A DNA stretch of 64,000 nt from Alphaproteobacteria bacterium (GTDB lineage Bacteria > Pseudomonadota > Alphaproteobacteria > JAAXGF01). Location of the stretch: positions 544,001 to 608,000 of the forward strand of contig CAUVXB020000001.1 of the NCBI GenBank assembly GCA_963555825.3, given 5' to 3'. The notes beneath the pieces were generated by a model. The model did no database searches. It was not told the origin of the DNA and saw only the letters and a program-made list of their open reading frames with translations. Below, piece by piece: positions 18,691 through 27,825 of this stretch (position 1 is its first letter; the number at the start of each line of letters is the position of its first letter). The position numbers were made by a program, and so were the translations under genes.

Positions 18691-18777
18691 GTCGATCGTC
18701 GCAACGATGTGCGGGTTCGCTTCGAGGCGTTCGGGTACCAGCGATTCGAAGACCGTCTGACATGTCGCTTGGTTCAT
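18691..18777 (-). pseudogene. 29-codon 5' gene fragment, SCP2-like by recollection, trapped between two IS
   Basis: MNQATCQTVFESLVPERLEANPHIVATID; its ATG abuts the IS1380 IRL and its 3' end abuts the IS256 IR. Confidence 0.4.
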
Positions 18778-18871
18778 CCCGCATTTCCCAAGTAGCGTCG
18801 ATATTCAGTGCGGCGAGAAGGCGATTCTGCTATAAGAATCATGAAGTTGTAGCATGCATGGAGCGGCGGAT

Positions 18872-20220
18872 ATGGCACACCCGATGGGTGAATCGAAACC
18901 GGGGTGCCTTCGGGTCGTTTTTGACCGTTGCTTGAAGCTTGAATTCCACGGTTCCAAGATCACCTCTGATGCCGGGTTGCTCGCCTACCGGGAGCTTGAC
19001 GATGCCCTCGGCCTGACTGAGATGGCGAGGGTGTTTTCCACGACAGCCGTACCGGCAAGAACGGATGGCACGGCATAACGGGGCAGTTCCGTCAGTCCGT
19101 CTTTGGCCGTCTTGGCGGATACGACGACGTGAACGATGCCGATCGTCTGGGTCGTGATCCCGCCATGCGCTGGATTGTCGGCGGCAAGGCCATCGAAAGA
19201 CAGGCCGCTTCCACCAGCCAGATGGGACGCTTCGAGACGGAGCTATTGGCCACCGACGAGAACGTTGAAGCCTTGGCCGACATGAACGGGGTGTGGATCG
19301 ACAAGGTTCATGACCGCCATCCGCCGAATATGATCATTCTCGACATGGATAGCTCCGTCAGCCCGACCCATGGCGATCAGGAGGGCACGGCCTACAACGG
19401 GCACTTCGGGTGTTCCTGCTATCATCCGCTGTTCGTGTTCAACCAGTTCGGCGACTTGGAGAGATGTTCCCTGCGCCCCGGTAATGTTCACAGTGCCGAC
19501 GGATGGCGGAATGTTCTGGAGCCGGTGGTGATGCGCTATAAGGAAAGGAAGGTGCGGCTGTATTTTCGTGGCGATGCCGCCTTCGCCTCACCGGAGATAT
19601 ACGAATATCTCGAAGCCGAGGGATTACTCTACGTCATCCGCCTCAAAGCGAACGCGATTCTCCAGCGGAACATTGCCCATCTGCTTACGCGACCTGTCGG
19701 TCGCCCGCCCGACCATGTTCGCCGTTTCCACGCCAGCTTCAGCTATCAGGCCGGATCGTGGAACAAGAAGCGCCGTGTCGTGGCCAAAGTGGAGTGGCAC
19801 CCCGGCGAGCTGGTTCCTCGCGTCGGTTTCATCGTCACTAATCTGTCGCGCCCTACCAAGCGGGTGGTGGCGTTCTATAATCACCGTGGCACGGCGGAGC
19901 AGCACATCAAGGAAGGCAAGAACGCCATCAACTGGACCCGTCTGTCATGTCGCAAGTTCCGCAACAATGCCGTTCGGCTCCAGCTTCACGCCCTGGCCTA
20001 CAATCTGGGCAACTTCATGAGGACACTGGCTTTGCCGAAGGAGGTGGAGCACTGGTCGATGACGACGTTGCGCGACAAGCTGGTGAAGATCGGGGCCAAG
20101 GTTGTCCGACATGGCCGCTACGTTACGTTCCAACTGGCTGAGGTGGCGGTGCCGAGGGAGCTGTTCCGAAAAATCCTCCGCCTCATCGATGGGCTGCGAC
20201 CGGCCCCTTTGCCGCCATGA
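18872..20220 (+). pseudogene. IS1380 transposase with 1-bp deletion near 19026
   Basis: TSDAG, LDMDS, RGDAAF and YNHRGTAEQHIKE motifs; gatggcgagg versus gatggccgagg in copy 2. Confidence 0.85.
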
Positions 20221-20480
20221 CGGCGTTCCATCCCGTAGCATCCAGGTCGCCCGACAGGACAGGTGTGTGCTGCGCAGGTCGAAGTGTGCCCTCACAGTGC
20301 GAAATGGTCACGGGGCCGGGCTTCTCATCGCCAAATCAGCCCGATCAAGAGCGGACCACAGCCTATCGTGACAGCTCAGGGCCGGATTCGCGGTCGGATG
20401 CCCATTGTGCTACCTGAGTCGGACCCGATTTCCTTGGACACAGAATTGGCTTAATCGAAGTGTCCAAGGAGGACCGGAAC

Positions 20481-20891
20481 ATGACCGACAATTTTGAGAA
20501 CAAAGTTGCTGTTGATGGGCCTGTGGTAAACGAGGGCGAGCTTGGCTCGTCCACGTTTTCCCCGGGCCAGGTTTCGCCGGCAGGCCCGCTGGGACTTGGC
20601 CAGCGGTGGACGGTGACGCGCAAGCGTGAGGTTGCCCTGCGGCTTTTGCGTGGCGAGCCGGTGGAACTTTTGTCGCGGCAGTTGGGCGTGGAGATTTTCC
20701 GGCTCGAGCAGTGGCGTGAGAAGGCGATCGCCGGGATCGATGCCTCGCTCAAGGAACGCAAGGGCGATCCGGTGAAGGCGGAACTGGACATCGCCATGAA
20801 GCGGATCGGGGAGTTGATCATGCAGGTGGAACTGCTGGAGGCCAAGACGGAGACGTCCGGCCCTTTGGGGCGGCGGAGGTCGCGGCGATGA
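20481..20891 (+). CDS. IS OrfA (HTH plus coiled coil)
   Basis: RKREVALRLLRGEPVELLSRQLGV HTH; SD AAGGAGG before ATG 20481. Confidence 0.8.
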   Translation: MTDNFENKVAVDGPVVNEGELGSSTFSPGQVSPAGPLGLGQRWTVTRKREVALRLLRGEPVELLSRQLGVEIFRLEQWREKAIAGIDASLKERKGDPVKAELDIAMKRIGELIMQVELLEAKTETSGPLGRRRSRR

Positions 20892-21799
20892 GTGCCGCCA
20901 CCTCTCCCGGCACGGGTTTGGCCTACGGCCTCCAGCGGGTCTGTGCGGCCTGGGGTTTTGCCCGTTCCTCGTTCTACGCCATGAAATCCCGGCAGCAGGC
21001 CACCGCTGAGCGCCCACCAGCAAAGCGCCGGGGACCGAAGCCCTCGATCTCGGACGAGGCTCTGCTGGTGGCCATCGAGGCCGACCTGGAGGCATCCCCC
21101 TGGGAGGGCGAGGGACACCGCAAGGTCTGGGCTCGGCTTCGGGTCTGTCGTGGCATCCGTGTTTCCCGCAAGCGGGGGCTCCGGGTGATGCGCGAGAACA
21201 ACCTGCTCTCGCCCCATCGCTGCCGCCGCCGTGGCGGAAATCCCCATGTCGGTGAGATCATCACCCATGCCCCCAACCTCATGTGGGGCACGGACGGCGT
21301 TCGGGTGTTCACGGTGGACGACGGCTGGGGCTGGATATTCACCGCCATCGAGCATTGGAACGCCGAGTGCGTCGGCTGGCATGTGTGCAAGCGAGGCGAC
21401 CGCTTCGCCGCCCTTCAGCCGATCTCCATGGGGCTTGCGAGGCTGTATGCCTCGACCTCCGCCGGTGCGGCGCGGGGGCTGGCCTTGCGGATGGATCACG
21501 GCTCCCAGTATCTGTCGGACCACTTCACCAACCAGATCAAGTTCTGGGGCATCCAGCCGTCCTACGCCTTCGTCGAACAGCCCCAGACCAACGGCGTCGC
21601 CGAGAGGTTCAATCGCACGCTCAAGGAACAGATCATCCATGGCCGCATCTACCGCAACATCGCGGAGCTGCGGAACGCCGTCCGCGGGTTCGTCGAACAG
21701 TACAATGCCCAGTGGATCGTGGAGAAGAACGGCTACCTGAGCCCCGCTCAAGCTCGTCAGGCGTGGCACACCGCGATGTCACTCAGGCCCGCCGCATGA
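20888..21799 (+). CDS. IS OrfB, rve integrase-core DDE transposase
   Basis: WGTD, MDHGSQY, PQTNGVAERFNRTLKE; ATGA overlap with OrfA. Confidence 0.9.
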   Translation: MSAATSPGTGLAYGLQRVCAAWGFARSSFYAMKSRQQATAERPPAKRRGPKPSISDEALLVAIEADLEASPWEGEGHRKVWARLRVCRGIRVSRKRGLRVMRENNLLSPHRCRRRGGNPHVGEIITHAPNLMWGTDGVRVFTVDDGWGWIFTAIEHWNAECVGWHVCKRGDRFAALQPISMGLARLYASTSAGAARGLALRMDHGSQYLSDHFTNQIKFWGIQPSYAFVEQPQTNGVAERFNRTLKEQIIHGRIYRNIAELRNAVRGFVEQYNAQWIVEKNGYLSPAQARQAWHTAMSLRPAA

Positions 21800-21887
21800 G
21801 ACAAACTTGTGTCCAAGGAACCGGGTGCGATACACCCATTGTGCTACCAATGTCGGCGATTGGGAGGAGCCATCTGGGGAATCCCGG

Positions 21888-22654
21888 ATTAGCGTGGTAC
21901 GCGACGAATTCCACCGTGGCGCCCTCCGTGAATCGTAAAGCGCGAAGTTAGGTGAGGTCTTCATCAAATTTAGCTGCGCATCAAGCCAATCTAAATGTGC
22001 TCTTCGGAATTCAAATGACCGGTTTGGGAAATTTTCTTCGTCAAATAGGCGAATGAACTGGCGGACTTGGACGAGCGCGCGTTTAACTTCCTCCATACCC
22101 TTTTGATAGATTTCTACGGCGGTCATATCGCCTCCTTCCAACCGTTGAGACGCTTTGATCTCCGCGATCGTCGGCGAGAGATTTGCAGATCCAAAATAAT
22201 AGACGATGCGTTGTGAAGGCCGTGATGTTCCGTGTTCAGTTTGAGTTTCCTGAGTCTGCGCTGACGCCTCAACAAGTAGCTCGCCAACAGCCCTCATAAC
22301 ATCTTCGCGGGATCGAAGGACCTCGACGCTTGGTTCTAGGTTTTTCTTCAGTACTTCCCGATGTTTCTCCAATGCGATACGCGTATCTCTAAACAATCGC
22401 CGGGCTTCGCGGTTATAGACTTCACCATAGGTAAATGCTCCGATATAGATTGCAATTGCAGTAATGGACCACCAGTACGTTGAGATATCGGCGCTTTCAA
22501 AACCTAAATACAAAAACCCTACTAAGGCAATTACTGCAATTGCGACCGGCACAAAAAATGTCGCGATGACTCTCGCCGCTATCCATCTGATCGCAAGTGA
22601 ATGTCTCTTGCGCCAGCGACGCTTGTCCATTTCTGTCGTCAGTCGATCATCCAC
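21888..22654 (-). pseudogene. AT-rich two-TM membrane protein of unknown function, 3'-truncated by IS1380
   Basis: Two hydrophobic helices (residues ~22-75), then a soluble alpha/beta region; frame runs into the IS1380 IRR at 21887. Confidence 0.65.
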
Positions 22655-23004
22655 TGCCGTTCCCCCGTATTTGTTCAGATTTAGCCGTACCCAATTTTAC
22701 GAAAAGATTGTGGTTAAGGGTCATATTTCACGGCATAATAGACGGGTTTTACGCGAGAAAGCAAGGCCAACCGACAATGGCTGATGATGTGTTTGGAGAG
22801 CTTGAAAATGTAAAACGGAACTGACGATGGTCGCCGCGAGAACAGCCCGGAGGCGATCGCCGGCGGCCTTGTCGTCTGGATCAGCCCGAAGGGGCATTCC
22901 TTGGCCGCGGATGCGGCGCGCGTCGTTACTTGCGTAGCCATGGGTTCTATTTAGGCAATTAGGCGCGAACTATGCCCACGAACTATGCCAGTGCTGATGT
23001 CGAC

Positions 23005-23597
23005 CCGATATATCCCAAGTAACTCGATTTCCATGGTGATGTTACCCAAATGCGGCCGTCGTTGGAAACGTTTTGCGCCTCAACCTTCCGGATAGCTCGA
23101 TGTTCGTCGGTTGGCAGTGTCCAGAAGCCCATTCGGCCAATTTTGTCGTCATCCGGACGCACCTCTCCCGTCGTTTCTACCTCGCCGTGGATTTCCTCGG
23201 CCTACGCCGGAGCGGGTCTTGGTCGCAGATCATTAATCAGGCCCAGCATTTTCCGGAATAGTTCTCTCGATACTGCCACATCGGCGAGTTGGAACGTGAT
23301 ACACCGACCGCGCCGGACCACCTTCGCGCCGATCCTGACCAGCCTTGATCGGCTTTGCCGTTCAAGCCTGTAACGTGGTCAGAGACCAGCGTGCCACCTC
23401 CTTGGGCAAGGTCAGCGTCCGCTTGAAGTTGGCGAGATTGTAGGCCGGGTTATGAAGCTAGAGCCGGACGGCGTTGTCGCGGAACTTGCGGCACGACAGC
23501 CGGGTCCATTTGATGGCGTTCTTGGTTCATCGCTCTTCGCGCTTCACCCTTGATGAGCTGCTCCGCCGCGCCGCGCCGATTGTAGAAGGCGACAACA
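23005..23597 (-). mobile_element. Degenerate IS1380 right-end remnant (copy 3)
   Basis: Minus-strand VVAFYNRRGAAEQLIK, KNAIKWTRLSCRKFRDNAVRL* and FQLADVAVSRELF..RPAPA*; IR-like CCGATATATCCCAAGTA at 23005. Confidence 0.8.
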
Positions 23598-23701
23598 AAC
23601 GGTCCGTCCTGCACCGTGCGCAGGACGATTTCAAGGCCAAGAACTTCATCGGCAAGCCGGCCGCCGTGCCCGAGTCGAAATGGCGCGAGGCCGCCGTCTA
23701 A
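23598..23701 (+). pseudogene. Orphan 3' gene end of unknown identity
   Basis: High-GC3 codons KRSVLHRAQDDFKAKNFIGKPAAVPESKWREAAV* starting at the IS remnant boundary. Confidence 0.35.
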
Positions 23702-23709
23702 GCAGTCCG

Positions 23710-24567
23710 TCAGTCGGCCAGGCGCTCGGCGATGGCGACGATGCGGTACATGGCGCGCAGCACCGGCTTCTCGATCAGCTTGCCGTCGACAACGACCAGC
23801 CCGCTGTCGGCCGTCTCGAAGGCCTCGATCACCTTGCGGGCCTGCGCGATCGCCGCGGTGCTCGGCGTGAAGACCGCGTTGAGCAAGGGGATCTGCTTGG
23901 GGTGGATGGCGGCCTTGCCGGTCATACCCAGCTTGGCGGCGGCCCTGGCCGCGGCCTCGAAGCCGGCCGTGTCGTCGAGATCGAGATAGGGCACGTCGAT
24001 CAGGTCGAGGCTCGCCATCGCGGCGGCGTGGACGACGCGCGAGCGGGCATAGAGCAGCGCGTCCCAGGTCGGCTCGACGCGCAGCGCGGCCGACAGGTCG
24101 ATGGCGCCGAACAGCAGTGAATCGATTCGCCGGCTGGCGACCGCGATCTCGTGACAGTTCTCGAGCCCCTCGTTGGTCTCGATGATGACGTGAAACCGGA
24201 TCTTCGCGTGCGGCCCGTCGAGCAGCTCGTCGAGCGCCTTGATGTCGTTCGCCGAGATGATCTTGGGCAGCATCAGGGCGGGCGGCGGGGTTGCGCTGGC
24301 GAGGATGGCATGGAGGTCAGCGATGCCGTCGCGCGTGCGCAGGCCGTTGACGCGCACCAGGCGCTCGACGCCGTCGTCGGCCTGGCGCTCGGCGAACAGC
24401 GCGAGCGTCTTGTCGCGCGCTTCGTCCTTGTGCTCGGGCGCGATGGCGTCCTCGAGGTCGACGCATACCATGTCGGCGCCGCTGACTAGCGCCTTGGGGA
24501 ACATGTCCGGGCGCGTGCCCGGCGCGAAGATCAGGCTGCGACGCGGCTGATACGCTCGCTCGCTCAT
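23710..24567 (-). CDS. CitE/HpcH-family CoA-ester lyase (citrate lyase beta / malyl-CoA lyase-like)
   Basis: RRSLIFAPG, VDLEDAI, VRVN, LPK, IIET, FGAIDL and GKAAIHPKQI motifs. Confidence 0.92.
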   Translation of the reverse strand: MSERAYQPRRSLIFAPGTRPDMFPKALVSGADMVCVDLEDAIAPEHKDEARDKTLALFAERQADDGVERLVRVNGLRTRDGIADLHAILASATPPPALMLPKIISANDIKALDELLDGPHAKIRFHVIIETNEGLENCHEIAVASRRIDSLLFGAIDLSAALRVEPTWDALLYARSRVVHAAAMASLDLIDVPYLDLDDTAGFEAAARAAAKLGMTGKAAIHPKQIPLLNAVFTPSTAAIAQARKVIEAFETADSGLVVVDGKLIEKPVLRAMYRIVAIAERLAD

Positions 24568-25556
24568 GCCGCGCGCGCCGTGGTGACGCGCGCCGGGGCG
24601 CCGTCTGCGTAGGCAACTTCGACTTCGCCGGGCGTGCATGCGGCGAAGCTCTGGCGCATCTCGTGGCCGGGCCAGCGGAAGGTCACCTCGCCGCGCGCGG
24701 GCCGGTAAACCGCGGTGTAAACCGTCGCGAAATCGCCCGACAGCGGCTTGTAGACGGGCGCCTCGAAGAAGGCGTCGCCCAGGTCGGGCCGGCCGAGACG
24801 GTCTCGCAGGTACGTAAGACGCTCGACCGAGCGCGAACCGGCGGCGTGCTCGGGCCACTCGACCCGCTCGGGGTGGTTGGTGGTGACCGGGGTCTGCCAG
24901 ATGCGCGTCGGGCGGTCGGGCGCCATCAACGCGGTGAAGTGGTTGCCCGAACGGTCGAGCACGACGATGTTCTGCTGCAAGTGCGTGCGCAGGCGCAGCA
25001 ACACGGCCTTGGCCTCGGCCGCCGTGCGGCAGGTCTCGAGGATGTAGCGCGTGACCAGGATGACGCCGATCCCCTTGCCGCAGACCGGACGGCCGCCGAA
25101 GGTCAGGCAGCACGCGAGGCCATCCTCGTTCATGCCGTCCAACAACCCCCAGGCACCTTCGTTGAGGCCGATGACGGCGCGGCCCGACCAGTTGCTCCTG
25201 AGAATGATGCTGCCGGTAAATGACAGGTCGAAGTCGTAGTTGCGTGTCAGCACCGGCTCGCCATCGGTCGTGACCGCGACCGAGCAACCCGAGAAGACGT
25301 TGGGCGGCGACCACATGCTGAGCATGCGGTGGGCGAGCGTGTCGTCGCCCGCCAGGCGGCAGAGGTGCCGCCACATCGGCTTGAGCTCGGGCATATGGCG
25401 GTCGAACGCGCGCGCGCATGCCGCGAGGCTCGGGCGCGCCGCATCGCCGTCCTTCAGGTACCAGCCGCGCACCCCCGGCCACGAAGCCTGGAAACGTTCG
25501 CACCAGGCGTCGCCCGGCCGGTCTTCGGCGATGGCGCGGAAAATCTTCGTCGTCAT
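24564..25556 (-). CDS. Peptidase C45 family (acyl-CoA:6-APA acyltransferase-like Ntn hydrolase)
   Basis: Autocleavage site G|CS, RNYD, LDGMNEDGL, TNH; ATGA overlap with the lyase gene. Confidence 0.85.
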   Translation of the reverse strand: MTTKIFRAIAEDRPGDAWCERFQASWPGVRGWYLKDGDAARPSLAACARAFDRHMPELKPMWRHLCRLAGDDTLAHRMLSMWSPPNVFSGCSVAVTTDGEPVLTRNYDFDLSFTGSIILRSNWSGRAVIGLNEGAWGLLDGMNEDGLACCLTFGGRPVCGKGIGVILVTRYILETCRTAAEAKAVLLRLRTHLQQNIVVLDRSGNHFTALMAPDRPTRIWQTPVTTNHPERVEWPEHAAGSRSVERLTYLRDRLGRPDLGDAFFEAPVYKPLSGDFATVYTAVYRPARGEVTFRWPGHEMRQSFAACTPGEVEVAYADGAPARVTTARAA

Positions 25557-25625
25557 ATCAACCAAACTCCAACGGTGGTGCGCGCGAGTCTGGCGAATTT
25601 GCACGGCCGATGCAACGCTTGGGCG

Positions 25626-26117
25626 TCAGCCGTGCCGGTACGGCGCGCGGTCGAGCGGCGAAAGTTTCTGTTCGTCGATCAGCACCGGCGCGGCACGCAG
25701 TTCCTGCGTGAAGCCCGAGGCGCCGAAGGCGATCACGCCGCCCTTGGGCCAGTTGGTCTCGATGCGCCAGCGCCAATAGGGCCGGTCGAGACATATCTTC
25801 TGGTCGGCCACCGCCGCGCGCGCGATGCCGTCGATCGAGGCCTCGTGGATCGCCGTCCGGTAGCCGCTGTCGCCCCAGTCGATGTCGATGCCAAGATCGG
25901 TCACGTCATGGAAGGCGAGCGTGGCCGGCGCGACCCGAAACTGGACACGGCGGTCGACGCCACACTCCCACTCGACGATATGGTCGATGTCGAGCACCAG
26001 GTCGCTGCGCCAGTCGTCGCGCGCGGGATCGCCGAGCGACAGATGCAGGCCATAGATATGGTTGTCGTGCCACGACAGCCGCTCGAAGTCGGCCTCGGTG
26101 ATGGTCGGCGCGGCCAT
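25626..26117 (-). CDS. Hypothetical protein (SWHD..IYG / LVLDIDHIVEW / VAPATL.F motifs)
   Basis: 163-aa ORF with host-like codon usage, fused to the upstream ORF in the ORF track only because of that ORF's frameshift. Confidence 0.7.
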   Translation of the reverse strand: MAAPTITEADFERLSWHDNHIYGLHLSLGDPARDDWRSDLVLDIDHIVEWECGVDRRVQFRVAPATLAFHDVTDLGIDIDWGDSGYRTAIHEASIDGIARAAVADQKICLDRPYWRWRIETNWPKGGVIAFGASGFTQELRAAPVLIDEQKLSPLDRAPYRHG

Positions 26118-26148
26118 GGCGACCGGCGGCCCTAGGTTCCGCCACCGC

Positions 26149-27395
26149 TCATCGGTTGGCGCGGGCGGCGACGCTGTGCAACAGGACGTTGACGCTCGGG
26201 AAGGTGTAGCCGGGCTCGATGTTCTCCGCCTCGTTGTGCGAGATGCCGTCCTCACAGGGCGAGAAGAGCAGCGCCGTCGGCACGATCTTGGCCATGTTGT
26301 AGGCATCGTGGCCGGCCTGGCTGAACATCTCGATATAGCCGAGCCGAGGTCGTCGGCCGCCTGCTTGATCAGGCCGATGCAGTCGGCGTCGAAGACCTCG
26401 TTGCCGAACGCCCAGCGCTCGACCACCTCGACCTCGACCCGGGCGCGCTCGCCGATATCGGCCATCGCGGCTTCGACCTCGGCAGCCATCGCCTCGGTCT
26501 TCGCCTTGTCCGGCGTGCGGAAGTCGATCGTCACCTGGGCGTAATCGGGCAGGATGCCGAGCTGGTTGGGCCAGCAATCGATGCGGCTCGCGGTCGCCTT
26601 GCCGTCGATGTCGGCGTATTTCCAACCGACCTCGTTGACCTTGACGATGAGCATGGCGGCGCCGACCAGCGCGTTGCGCCGGCGCGCCATCGCGGTCGGC
26701 CCGGAATGCGCAGTCTCGCCGTGGAAGTCGACGTTCATGCCGATCACCTGATAGGCGCCGGTGACGATGCCGAGCGGCAGGTTCTTGGCCTCCAGCTCGG
26801 GGCCTTGCTCGATATGCAGCTCGAAATAGCTGTCGATGTCGCGCCCACCCATCGGCGTCGTGCCGGCGTAGCCGATGCGGGTCAGCTCCTCGCCATAGAC
26901 GTAGCCGTCGTCGTCGGTACGTGCCAGCGCCCAGTCGAGCTCCCGGACGCCGGCGAAGACGGCCGAGGCGATCATCGGCGGGCGGAAGCGCGCGCCTTCC
27001 TCGTTGGTCCAGTTGACTACCTCGATGGGCCGCTTGGTGGCGATGCCGTGGTCGTTGAGCGTGCGCACGACCTCGAGGCCGCCGAGCACGCCGAGGATGC
27101 CGTCGTAGCGGCCGCCGGCGACCTGGGTGTCGAGGTGGCTGCCGATCATCACCGGCGGCAGCGTGTCGTCGCTGCCCGCCCGGCGCGCGAAGATGTTGCC
27201 CATGCCGTCGACGGAGATCGCGCAACCGGCCGCCTCGCACCAAGCGACGAACAGGTCGCGCATCTCCTTGTCGGCGTCGTCGAGCGCGAGTCGTCTCAGG
27301 CCACCGGCCCGGCCCGGCCCGATCTTGGCCGAATCCATGAGTGTCCGCCACAGCCGGTCGCCGTCTATCCTTATATTGCCGAGCGATGATTCCAT
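26149..27395 (-). pseudogene. M20-family Zn-dependent hydrolase (allantoate amidohydrolase / N-carbamoylase-like), frameshifted near 26343
   Basis: GSHLDT, GRYDG, NEEGARF, ELHIEQG; C-terminal AGHDA and GISHNEAE lie in another frame (1-nt deletion). Confidence 0.85.
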
Positions 27396-27825
27396 GCCGA
27401 TTTATCCTTTTACGGCAGGGGCGAGCGTGCCGAGCCGCGCGCGCAGCGACGCCAGATAGATGACGAAGAAGTAGAAAATGAACAGCTCGTGGGTCTCGCT
27501 GACGCGCATGACGATGACCGAGACGGGCAGGAGTCCGATGTCGGAGAGGCGCTCGGGAAGGGTCGAGATCTCGGCGATCAGGGCGGTGGCGAGGCCCACC
27601 GCCGTTGGCATCAGCCACCAGGGCTTCGCGATCAGGCCGCGGCCGGTGTACCGCTGCATCAGGGGATGGACGATGCCGCCCGCGATCATGCTCAGTTCCA
27701 AGAGAAGGCGAGGCTTCTCGTTGAACCAACTGCTCACATTGTGGAGGTTGGTTTCCTGCTGCTTGTTGACGTCGGCCAGCCATTCGGGCGTCTGCCACCC
27801 CATGAAGTGCTGGCCATAGCTGGAC

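Larger units (their letters stand above)
20415..21834 (+). mobile_element. IS3/IS481-like two-ORF element with 14-bp flanking direct repeat
   Basis: TG...CA ends; IRs TGAGTCGGACCCGATTTCCTTGGACACA / TGTATCGCACCCGGTTCCTTGGACACA; DR CCCATTGTGCTACC at 20401-20414 and 21835-21848. Confidence 0.9.
18778..21887 (+). mobile_element. IS1380-family element, copy 1, with nested IS
   Basis: IRL CCCGCATTTCCCAAGTA; IRR ...TGGGGAATCCCGG at 21887; interrupted at 20415-21848; no TSD. Confidence 0.85.

Noticed and set aside
23710-25503. 597-aa ORF as a single protein
   Set aside because: The N-terminal part is an off-frame overlap of the C45 gene; the lyase starts at 24567.
25626-27395. 589-aa hydrolase fusion as a genuine two-domain protein
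   Set aside because: It arises from a 1-nt deletion; the true hydrolase C-terminus is in another frame and the downstream gene has its own ATG.
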